A DNA stretch of 51,293 bases. Origin: Macrostomum lignano (lineage: Eukaryota). Where the stretch lies: positions 1-51,293 of the forward strand of contig NIVC01004299.1 of assembly GCA_002269645.1 (NCBI GenBank), given 5' to 3'. The notes beneath the pieces are model-generated. The model was not told the origin of the DNA and ran no database searches. It saw nothing but the letters and a program-made list of their open reading frames with translations. Shown in pieces: positions 12,813-23,368 of this stretch (position 1 is its first letter; every line of letters begins with the position of its first letter). The translations under genes were made by a program, and so were the position numbers.

Positions 12813-13579
12813 ATGCATAGCAATTATCCTCTTATTGTGCTGCTCTGTGTAGCTCTTATTGTTGGACCAGCGACAGCTCGAGTCATGTTCTCCATAGCCA
12901 AAATGAGGAGCGTCTCAGCTCCGGTTGCCATGGAGACTCTGACTGGCATCGGCAGGCTGAAATGCGCCGAGCTGTGCAGTCTGAGATCTGACTGCTATGG
13001 CTTCAGTTGGCTGATGCAGGGTCTGTGCAGATTTTTCAACTTCAATGCTTTTCACAATGACGCCTGGATGAGCTTGGATGCCTGGGATGTTTACACCGTC
13101 AGGAAGGGTGAGTATGAAGCACGTTATAAATATATGTAGATTTTTTCAGCACCTTAATCTTGAAGTTATGCTACTTAATTTGTATTCTAGACGCAGTGAA
13201 GCTGAGCTTCATCAGCTGCAACCAGAGCTCGGTCCAGATGAGTGGAGTTTGCGAGAGAGCATTCGATGGTGATACGAACCAGGATTACTCTCATGGATCC
13301 TGCACCCACACGATTGGCGGTGAGGTAGGCTGGTGGGAGGCCCACCTGTCCCGACCTGCCCTCGTCTCGCACGTCACCATCTACAACCGGGCGGGCTACA
13401 GCTACCGAATGAGAAAACTTTCCCTGCAGGTGGACGGCTCTGAGTGCTACCGAGTGAACAGGACGACGGACTTCTCTGTGGCCACCTTCCAGTGCAACGC
13501 CTTCGGCAGTAAATTTGGAATAGTCGGCTTGCAGGAAAATTCAATCAACATCTGCGAAGTGGAGATCTTTGGATTTTGA
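12813..13579 (+). CDS. Secreted PAN/apple + F-type lectin protein, paralog B (exons 12813-13107 and 13191-13579; 227 aa)
   Basis: Signal peptide MHSNYPLIVLLCVALIVGPATA and PAN-like CAELCSLRSDCYGFSW...CRFF. 83-nt phase-1 intron (GTGAGT...TTCTAG) at the same position as in paralog A; both first exons are 295 nt. F-type lectin fold motifs CERAFDG, CTHT, GWW, IYNR and CEVEIF. AATAAA near 13600. Confidence 0.88.
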
Positions 13580-14976
13580 GTGGTTTTTAATGCAAAAAAA
13601 TAAATATCGGTTTAAGCAATATTTACGCAAACGTTGACCAAATGACGTACGTAAGCAGAACCTGAATGTATGCTAAAAATTGGGCCGGTTTATTTCTAGT
13701 CCGCATACGGGCGTATGTGTAACGAGTCCGGTATATTTAATATTACTAGCGAAGAGAGAGTATTAGCAACGTATATCAATGGTTCAGCAGATACGTCTGT
13801 CAGTCCTGGACGATTTACTATACTCGGAGCATAAGAAATCTTACTGTCTTAGTATGAATGCGTACACTGGTGATCGGCTCTGATTATAATTATTGTATCT
13901 CACGTACATGCTAGGTTGATCTACGTCCCAGGCTGCCACACGCTTACAGAAAAAGACTAGAACTTACATGTTAAAATTATGAGTCGCATTTCTTGGAAAC
14001 GGAAACCAAATTAACAAAATACGTAATATTAAACCCTAGAATAAATTACGCACGTAATCTAAACAGCTAAGGATTTGAATAAAGTTAAAATACACCATGT
14101 TAATAAACTAGATTTGAATTACAGAATTTCCAAACCGTTACATATGGTCGAAGTTTCTTTAAAGTATAAAATATCCTGCTATAGAAAACTCTTTCTCTAA
14201 TCCTACTTTTTGTGTTAATTTTATTTATATTAAAAATTTATTTTATCACCTATATTTGTTGCAATTTATGTATCAAAACCTGATAATTCGAAAAATTATA
14301 ATTTTTTTCTCCTAAATATTGAACTCCTTAAATTACGCTCGTAAATTCGCTTTTTTTGTCGTTGCTTTATTGTCGTGAATCACAGTTACCATTCAATTTT
14401 TTTATTTTGTTTTATTGCCTTACTTAGTAGTCCTATATAGCTACTTTTACAAAAAGCTTATCGTGTAGTGTTTGACTGCAATTTTTAGCTTAGTTTCTTA
14501 GAATGGTGGCGAGTTTTGATGGTTAAAATGTTTAACTTTTGTTCGTAGATAATAAATCTTTTTCTTTAGAAAGATTCTTCACTTTGAATTTTAAAATCTT
14601 AATAACTTTCCTAGCGAGTTCACGGGGCACCTTAACTATGAAGAGGAACCGGCATCAGAATAAGCCCATGCACTTACGTGTTTTATAAGAATAATCATTG
14701 TTTGCTCCAAAATTTGAAATGCAATTGCTAAGTAGCTAGTAAAATAATCTTAAAAAGAAGTCAAGAAATTGTTATCTAATTGTGTTTTAATACGATAACC
14801 GGTATATGCACTGAATAATCACGCAGTTTCGTAAGTACTTGGCTTAAGAGAGCTGGCACGAACTTGCATAACTATCAGAAGCTAGCGCGCAATTTCATGA
14901 AGGCTTAGAAAACATACGAGTAAACGAGAAATGACGAAAACACAGCGATTAAAGTACATGCATCCATAAAATGTGT

Positions 14977-15202
14977 GGTTTCCTGATTCGAATTGGCCTA
15001 ATAGTGAATTCGGCGAGTCGGGAATTCGGCGAATCAGGAAATCGGCGAATCAGGAAATCGGCAAGTCGGGATTCGGCAAATGAGGAATTTCGGCAAATCG
15101 GGAATAGGCGACTCGGGAATTTCGGCGAACCAGGAATCGGCGAATCAGGATTCGGCGAGCTGGGAATCGGCAAATCGGGATTCGGCGAATCGGGGGTAAA
15201 CC
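14977..15202. repeat. Array of about 12 copies of a 15-16 bp unit (GGCGAATCGGGAATC) in a MITE-like element
   Basis: Direct reading. The ends GGTTTCCTGATTCG and CGAATCGGGGGTAAACC are imperfect inverted repeats. No TSD seen. Confidence 0.7.
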
Positions 15203-16449
15203 CTCGCTTACTTATCGATTGAGTCAAGAGCTGTCGACACAACTTAGCAAGCCATTTGGTCTCGTTTCTTATAACATAACAAAATGTATTCTAGTTAGCA
15301 CAGCAAAGTGAATTGAAACCGTAGGGATGCTCCAGGTTCAGGAACTCCAACCAATGGTTGAATCTGTAATATATTTTACCAGTAATTTAATCACATACAT
15401 GTAATTGATATGCTTCTCGTAACACAGACAATCATTTAGTATCCACCTAACTGCACAGATATTTTTAAGGCTACTTGTTTGGGAATTCAATTTCGAACTG
15501 TGTGACTTTGTCAGCTCGGCTGGTTGAAACCCTACCCCCATGCCATGGTGAGCGCCAATGTGAGGCGTTCCTATGAGACGGCGCGCTTTGGAAGGCGCCA
15601 GCGTTTCCTGGTTAAGACGCACACTAGCTAGTCAGTTACCTGCAATTTGTTGAAGCCAAATGCATGTAGATCCGTTCCACCATCAATAGACTTCTGTTAG
15701 GAGCAACAGATGCTCCCCAGTCCTGCAACAACAAAAATTTTTTGATGAAAGATTTTTCCAAATTTCCGTTCATTTTGTTTGGCTTCCATCTTCCTGAAGT
15801 CTAAAGGATCCAACAACCTATTGTCTTAAGCATCGATCTTGCTTAAACAAAGCCAAAAATAAAAGACTGCGCCTCAGATAGACTCCGGATGTCTGCTCTG
15901 GGGTTGGTCGCTTATTTCCTTGCAGGCAAGCTTCTCTTTAACAAATTGTCGCCTACTCCTGTTGGCTCTACAACGTGGCTAGTTTACTCGTGCCTGTTTT
16001 TTACCCGACACATCTGTCTGGTCTTTCCGTGAGTTTTCTTTAACTTAGGTATTTTGCATAGCAATCTTTACCTGTCTCTGTCTAACCCTTTCGCCTTAGC
16101 TTCTTAGAAAGTAACTTTCATGTCTGAATTCACATGTGGATGAGGATTGACGAAAGTCAGATTTTTTTGGGTGCATCATTCCCAGTCTTTGTCAGACATT
16201 TTATTTGATGATGTCATTTTATTTGAATTTTTAGGCTCCATGTGCACAGATTGATAGGAAAGTCAGGGAAATCTGCGCTTAAGTTCTTCATGCGCCTGTG
16301 TATATAGGAATCAGCGAGCCTGGGTGTGCTCAAGAGGCTGATTGAATTCGCGTGACTAGCTGCTTCCACGATGACTGGGATTCGAAGCTGCTCTCACCAC
16401 ACCTAGTGACTCCTATAGCTACAACTATAGCAAATTAAATTAGTGAAAT

Positions 16450-17700
16450 TTGAGGAATTTCATATCGTTTACCAAAACCGCCTGTTCGATCTTTCGCAGA
16501 GAAGCTTTCCGGCTAACTTCAGAAGGACGTCTTTCAGCTGCAAAGTTGTGCCTTAAACACCTTTGCAGAGACAGTGATTCTTGCCAGTTTAATAAATTGG
16601 CTCAAGCAGCAGCTAGCAATGGTCACTTGGACGTTGCTAAATATTTCTCCTCACAGATCAGTGACCGATCGCTCAAAGATGGATGCGTTGACGATATCGC
16701 AACCGCAGCATCTTGTAAAGGTCGCCAGAATGACGTTAAATTCTTCGCCTCCCAGATTAGCGACCAATCGCTGAAAGAAAAATGCTACTCAAAATATGCT
16801 CAAGAAGCAGCTATCAAAGGTCATCTTGATGTCGTTGAATATTTTGCTTCACGGATCAGTAAGCCATCGGTCAGAGCTCAATGCCTCTCAGAATCTGCAA
16901 AAGCAGCAGCAAGGAGAAATCTCTTTGATGTCGCTAGATATTTTGTCACACAGATTAGTGACGAATCGCTCAAAGATGAATGCCTCTTGCATTGTGCAAC
17001 GGTAGCACCTGGATGATTTTGAATTCTTCGCCTCTCATACTCGTATCAGTGACCGATTGCTCAAAAATAAAAGCTTCATCGAATGTGCAGAAGAAGCGGC
17101 TATGGAGTGTCACCAGAATGATGCTAAATATTTCATTTCAAAGATCAGTGACCACTCGCTTAAAAAGCAATATCTATCCGCTTGTGCAAAAGCAGCCGCT
17201 GCTTAGGTCACTTGGATATGGCAAAACGTTTCGCCCTACAGCTCAGCGGTCAGTCGATTAAAGATCGATGTCTCACAGCTTTTGCAATGGAATCAGCTTG
17301 GAGAGATCCCGTTGATGATGCTAAATACTTTGCTTCAGAGATTAATGACCAATCGCTTAAAGAAAAATGTCACCTATGTTGTGCAAGTAGCAAGAAGAGA
17401 TATGCTAGGTGTCTCTGGATATTTCTTCTCACAGATCGGTGACCAATCGCACAAAGGTCAATTAGACATGGCTAAATATTTCGATTCGCAGATCAGTGAC
17501 CAATCGATAAAGGTCCTATGCTCATCAGAATGTGCCAAGAAGCAGTTTGGAAAGATCACTTGAATGTCTCTAAATATTTTGTCTCACAGACCAGTGACCG
17601 ATCGCTTAAAGACGGATGCCTCACAGATTGTGCAAAAGCAGCTTCATTGAGAGATCATTTGGATGCTGTGAAATATTTCGCCTCCCAAATCTTGTGACCA
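16450..17700 (+). pseudogene. Degenerate array of about 12 divergent 33-aa ankyrin-like repeats (AAxxGHLDVAKYFASQISDQSLKEKC)
   Basis: A 99-nt unit recurs at about 16620, 16720, 16820, 16920, 17010, 17110, 17205, 17305, 17405, 17455, 17555 and 17655. The frame is broken by several frameshifts, stops and a partial-unit deletion near 17430. Confidence 0.75.
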
Positions 17701-18324
17701 ACGCGCAAACCAATAATAAAGCTTCTTCTAAATGTCAGTGGCGGATCGTGGATGGATCTCCTTGCAAATTTTGATTAGCGGAGACAATTTTTGGTGTCTT
17801 TTACGAGCCTAGGTGTACTGACCTCCAGATGGGTGCCCCTGTTCTTAGGTGGGCCCTCCTGTCTCTCTTAAAAGTCTATATTGTATTTTCGTTGAGTCAA
17901 TTGCTAGTTCCTTTTTTAAACGTGTTTGTACTAGGAGTATATATACTTACTTTCAATCGGATTGACAAGGAACAACGAAGCTTGGGCGCAAGCAGGAGCG
18001 AAGCCATTTGAGCTTGACATTGAACATTTGACATTTTAACTTGTAACTTTTTACTAGTGAGACTTTATTACACTGGAAATTATTCTATCGTCTTTTGTAT
18101 TTTCCTGATATTTATATCTTAGTTATTTGTTCTGTGTTTTTGTTCAGTGTCAAGCGAGTTTTCTTTTGTCAGTCTAAAAGAACTTCAGGCTCCTTTCTCC
18201 GCTATCTAAACTTTTTGAAGTATATTATTTAACACTCATTAAGTTTCAATATTTAAATTCCACTGCATAGCTAAAGTCCGCGTTGTAATTAATGTGTAAC
18301 AGGTCGTTTACCAGTAGTCTCTGA

Positions 18325-18480
18325 AGGCCTCTCACGCCAACTACCTTACACGCCTGCTTAACCCCTCTGCCACGACTGACAGAAGCTTCAAAGAACTGAG
18401 ACAGGTCCTTTTCTTAGGCTTGAGCTCAAACTTTACTAAACTCGGCAGTGGAGAGCCTCGGCTCTTCCAATTGCATTGTA
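18325..18480 (+). mobile_element. Decayed Ty3/gypsy gag-like fragment
   Basis: Translation SHANYLTRLLNPSATTDRSFKELRQVLFLGLSSNFTKLGSGEPRLFQ resembles the gag N-terminal ..D.SF.EL...L....ERF.F segment. Short and degenerate. Confidence 0.35.
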
Positions 18481-19499
18481 TTTATAACCCTCGGCATTGT
18501 GCTCGGGGCAGTGTTGGGGTGGTGGCGTGATATTTTTCCGCCCCACCCATCTTATTTGCTTTTTTGCATTGTTACATGTAGCTAGTTAGATGAATTAACA
18601 CATAGAGAGCACGCAGGGTCTGCGTGGCCGTTTTAGAGCAGGCAAATGGGTGGGTCTAACATTAATTATATGTGAAAAGTTTGTAACAGCATATCGGCAT
18701 TGTAAAAGCTGATACAATGTCCAGCGTCTTAGTTTTTTCATTTAAGCTCCAGGCCAATTTAGCAGTTAAATTCTCACTTTCTCCGAACTACAATACGCTC
18801 GAAAAGCTCTGAAGTCAGGCCCTTCTCTGTGACTACAGTGTATTTATAAAATCAAACGTGCTTACAATCAGCGTCATTAGTTGCATCAAATATAGGAAAA
18901 GATATCCCACTAAACATCACGTAGCATTACTCTTCCAATCTAATCCAGGCGTTTACATACAGCCAAAAGAGTAAAAATAAAATTCACTTTCTTACCAGTA
19001 AACTTTCATTGACTCGCTTAAATAATCAAGTAAAATAGTCATCAGTTAAACAGTTGCTCATGCTGCGCTAATGTCCAGCTATAGGTTTTCAATCATGCGA
19101 TGTCGTTTCGTCATGGCCCAATGCCATACAAATTATCTAAGCTGAGCTTATCAAATTGGTTAGCACTGCTGAATTTCAGTCAGGTAACAGAAAAACTATA
19201 CCTCGACAATGAATATCCACGAATATTTATCAGTACCATGCAATCAGTACATGTATCTTTGGGTCAAAATACGGCTCGTACTTTGGGTCAGATACTATAA
19301 ACCACAGGTTATTTATCTGTTCTCCAAGGTTATAGCAGCCGTATCGCCTTCGAGCCTCGAACATCGATATCAGCAGCAAGCTATTGAGACTGCTCATGCT
19401 TCAAGAATTGGATTGGATCGCTCTTTAAGTAGTAAACTAACTAAACAAGACTTTTCGACAATTCGAGTTTCGAGCTTATAAAAATAATATATATTAATT

Positions 19500-19915
19500 G
19501 GGACACAGAGGGGGACACCTTGCGGGCATGCGCTCGCAGAACAGTCGGGAGGGCAGGCAGCAGCAGCATGAGGGGGGTCAGCGCAAGCGCCTGCAGGTCT
19601 TTGATGAGGCAGTCAGTCAAGTCAGGGTGGCTGCCATCAACCGTCGCAGTTTCTCGGTGGGCTGGTGCATCAGGGTCAGGGGCCGGGAAGGGCGCCCAGG
19701 ATCCAGGAGGCAGTGGCCCAGCAGCATCTGAGGGCGCCGGCGCAGGGTGGCGCTCAGGGGCCATCAGAGCATTTTGGTTAGCAGGTGCTCCGGGTAGTGC
19801 AAACCCAGCACATAGCGCAGCAGCGATCGGTACAGCGCGTCCAGGGCCCGCTCTCGCGTGTTGGTCAGCGGCACAGCCTCCACACCGTACAGGAGGATCG
19901 GCTCTACGGCCGCGC
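19500..19915 (-). mobile_element. 5'-truncated non-LTR retrotransposon (RTE-like LINE), post-RT C-terminal fragment
   Basis: GC-rich island. The minus strand translates SAAVEPILLYGVEAVPLTNTRERALDALYRSLLRYVLGLHYPEHL...PLSATLRRR..LLGH, the typical RTE/CR1-group thumb region, with frameshifts. Confidence 0.8.
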
Positions 19916-21295
19916 TATTATGAAATTATTGACTTTGGTTGAATCCTAATCCTAATGAGTCTACTGCTCATAAACTTGTCGAAGTGTCAGCGAGGTACTT
20001 GCCCACTATCTTATAGCATTTTTTGTACTTATGTTTATTGAAAATTCAGCTGAATTTTCTAACAATGTGTAGAGTTTGTTTAAGACGGAATTCAAGCTAG
20101 AGGGAGCTCTACAGAGACCTTAAGATTAAGAAATATCAGTAATCAAAATATCTAAATCAGTCAGTTAAAATTCAAAACATGAGTTTCTGGAAACTTCTCT
20201 GACGCGAATCTAAATGTTGCTGCATGTGCAAATATCAACACCGCACAGATGTACAAGACATAGTTTCTCAGCTCTTTTGTAATTTAATACTGATTGCTAA
20301 TTATTAACGCTAAGTGGGATTTTTTATTTGAAAAATGAAAAAAATGCACTGAATGTGATAGAAAATACTCTCAGCTTTTTAGAAATTGGTTGAGCTAAAT
20401 GGTTATTATACATATTGGTAGAAAATATAAGAAAGAAGCAGATTTTTTATTTAGAATTAAGGTGCAGTTACAAATAGTTAGGTATCAGCACATCAAGCGG
20501 ACATGTAATTTTACATCTTGGATATAATAGTTGATCTAAGACTGAATACGCTCGTATTTGCAAAAAAGCTACAAAAAGTTATTTTGTAGAAGTTTTCACT
20601 TGCTATTGTTAAGGAAAAAACGATAAAAGTTCGAAGTTCGCTGATTGTGAAAAAACAAGCGAGAAACAAAAATAATATATTATGAAAACAAATTGGCAAT
20701 TAAAAGCCTAATTTCTATCGCTCGTATCAATACAGATAATTCTACTTATAAAAGAAAACACCCCTTCTCAACAAAGTTGCTGAGACATTAAAGGGGGATC
20801 GGCTGGCTAAATCCAAATTCAACGAATTGATATTGTATATTCATCAAGAACTATTTATATATATTGGCTAGCAATGGCAGTACAGTGTAGGTGCATGCAA
20901 CTCATAATTTGGCAGAGACAGCGACAACAAACAGCTAGACTGTAAAGGTATTTACAGAAAGAGAGATCAAAAGATCAAAAATGAATTAAAATTAAGCCTT
21001 GAAATTAATTATTATAATCTAATAATAATCTATCCGTGCTTTTAGCTCATTTAAAGAATAAAGAAAACTTGTTTTATAACAACCAAGGACGACTTGAATA
21101 TAATTTAAAAGTAGTCTTGTGAAGTAGTCTGTACGGTAAAATAACACCAGGCTGCTGATCTATTATTTTAGGGAAAACAAATAAAATATGTTTTTTAACT
21201 GTCCCTACAGGCTACGATGTGTGAATTAAGCACATGTACGATTATGGTGAATATAAAGTCTATCAAAAACGACTATAGGAATTTGATTGAATCAG

Positions 21296-22486
21296 TCAGT
21301 CTATTTCAATAAGAGTTGGAATTCGAACCTTTCCATCGGAACCTCTGCGCCGAGGGACACAATGATGCTGAGCGCAAATCGGAAACTTCTTCTTGAAACA
21401 AAAGTCTCTTAGCTTAAACTTCTTTCCCTGTCCTCGAAAAGTTCTCTGATCGAAAGTACACAGAGCGTACCTGAGCTCAAAGTATTTGTCAGCGTGCACA
21501 AGATACACGGTTCCAAATTTGAGTCCTTTTAATATTTCTTTAAACGTGCCGCTGCACTGGCAGTTTAGGCCTGACCATGAATCTGGAGGCTTTTTAACGA
21601 CTTTTTGTACCGGGTTTTCTTTGCACGCGTCGCAGTTGCAGTTGTGCAGCAGTATGTTTTCTCCGTCATTCTGGTTTAAAAAGTTCAAGGGCTTGCTTAG
21701 TTGCCCCTGAATTACCAGACGATGATCTTCTGAGCAGCAGAAGTGCTTTGGAGGTTCAAAATTGACACTCTTCACCGAAATTCCAATCTTCTTGCACTCG
21801 GGTTCGGCTCCAGGATTGACATTTACCTCCTTCTCTATCCGCAGGTCGTACTTTTCTGTTTCACGACAATACACGCAGCCAGGCACACGGAAATCCGGGT
21901 GAAAGCTGACGTGAGTTAAAGCCAAGTACTCTCCGAAAATAGACTCTTTAATATCATTCTTTTCACTGTGATGGATCATCTCGAGCAAGCACGGGATCTC
22001 TGTCGCTTTACTTGAATTTCGAAAAACTTCGAAAGTGAAGTTGGCATCTTTGAGCAGCAGGTAAAGGGATGCAGCTGCCAATCCTTCTGAGTAGCTGTCA
22101 GGGACATGAACCACTGTAGCGTCAGACAGCTTCCATTGGTTTGGGTTGTCTGGAAGTTGATCAGACAGTCTGTCAGCTTCTTGATTGGATCTTTCACGAA
22201 CCACAGGCCTTTCACGAACCACCTCGAATGGTGTTCCTGTAACACATACGCTCTTTCTGAATATAGTGTAGGCTTTTTTGTAAACGGTAAGGAATTTGGG
22301 ATCACCATACTGTCCTGAAGACTCGCTGGCAGTTAAAACAGTTAGTAAGGCAGCAAGTTCGTTGCCGCAAGGCAGATCAGCAAAGTTTATTTCGCACAAT
22401 TCCTTTAGCAGGTCTTCGTTGTAGCGCTCCGCTATGGTTTGATTGGAAGGGTTAATTACATTTGCATTTGGTGCTGCATTGGCCAT
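21296..22486 (-). CDS. Uncharacterised intronless 396-aa protein, Cys/His-rich C-terminal half
   Basis: Uninterrupted ORF in otherwise AT-rich DNA with ATAATGG start context. A splice-acceptor-like TTTACCAG lies about 10 nt upstream (cis- or trans-splicing). Motifs CVYC, CNCDAC, CQC and CAQHHC; no family recognised. Confidence 0.75.
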   Translation of the reverse strand: MANAAPNANVINPSNQTIAERYNEDLLKELCEINFADLPCGNELAALLTVLTASESSGQYGDPKFLTVYKKAYTIFRKSVCVTGTPFEVVRERPVVRERSNQEADRLSDQLPDNPNQWKLSDATVVHVPDSYSEGLAAASLYLLLKDANFTFEVFRNSSKATEIPCLLEMIHHSEKNDIKESIFGEYLALTHVSFHPDFRVPGCVYCRETEKYDLRIEKEVNVNPGAEPECKKIGISVKSVNFEPPKHFCCSEDHRLVIQGQLSKPLNFLNQNDGENILLHNCNCDACKENPVQKVVKKPPDSWSGLNCQCSGTFKEILKGLKFGTVYLVHADKYFELRYALCTFDQRTFRGQGKKFKLRDFCFKKKFPICAQHHCVPRRRGSDGKVRIPTLIEID

Positions 22487-23368
22487 TATACGAGCCTGGT
22501 AAACTGATTTTAGACTTAACAGAGCGTAAGATCGACTCTAAAAGTTAATTTTATAAGGTTGCTTGATTGCAACAAAAATGTTTAAGGAATGAAAAAGTAT
22601 AGCCAAAAAGGTAAATAGCGCTTACTTATGCTTGTCGATCAAAAAAAGATGAAATCAGCAGTTATAGTAGTTATGCAGTTAGGTAGTCAGATAATTGCAA
22701 CTAATTAACCGTAAGTGTTTTTGATCAAAAGAACTTTTGGATATCTGCTCACACTCACTATTAAAATGTATATTCTCCTAAAATATGAGGCAAATGTGAA
22801 GAGAGAATTTCTGTTTAAACCTGCAATAATTTCTGTTTTATATTCAATCAACCACTGTTTAAACAAACTGCAAGGGCTGCTAAATTTCATTCAACACTGC
22901 ACATTCATGCGAAAAGTCTGTCGGGAATTCAGTTGCGGCTGGGGGCAGAAACATATTGTATTTCAACCCCACGCCCATTTGCTAACCCTGGAAAGGGTGT
23001 ACGCATGTATTGGCGTTGGTACTGTACTAGCAAATAGTCCAGCGTATTCTTCCCCTTGGTCTCTCCAATTCCTCCCAGTCTGCACCGCCTCCAGTTTTCT
23101 TTAATGTACGCACATTGATCACGCCATTTTTGCATCCTACCCTGACGCACATTTGCACTTAAGTTATACATGTGGCTGAACTAAATAGAATGAAGTTCAT
23201 GCCCACTGAGACATTACTGCCTTCCACCAGCCTGCCTGTCTGGATCTCTGTCATACAAGCGTATCAGCAGAGAGGCAGAAGAAATAGCACCCCTTATTTA
23301 CACTCTAAAACTCTTAAGCACACCACAGAATTGCAGCAGCAAAAGAGCTTCACTGCTTGCAGAAAGGC

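Noticed and set aside
11138-15202. Short repeat arrays as CRISPR-like loci
   Set aside because: The units are contiguous with no unique spacers, and the context is eukaryotic.
14949-15242. Pro/Gly-rich ORFs on both strands
   Set aside because: Translations of the 15-bp tandem repeat.
16300-16410. tRNA or SINE-like sequence with a B-box-like CTTCGAATCCC on the minus strand
   Set aside because: No cloverleaf can be drawn; at most a degenerate SINE head.
17737-17760. Isolated MITE-like termini (CAGTGGCGGATC here, CAGTGGCGTAGC at 43219, GGCTACGCCCCT at about 40558)
   Set aside because: No matching partner end or TSD was found, so no element could be delimited.
19441-19942. GC-rich ORFs on both strands
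   Set aside because: Alternative frames of the LINE fragment.
21900-22150. Resemblance of SEGLAAASLYLLLK in the orphan protein to the STING GLAWSYY helix or a TIR betaA-alphaA
   Set aside because: A few matching residues only and no other family motifs; left as a search to run.
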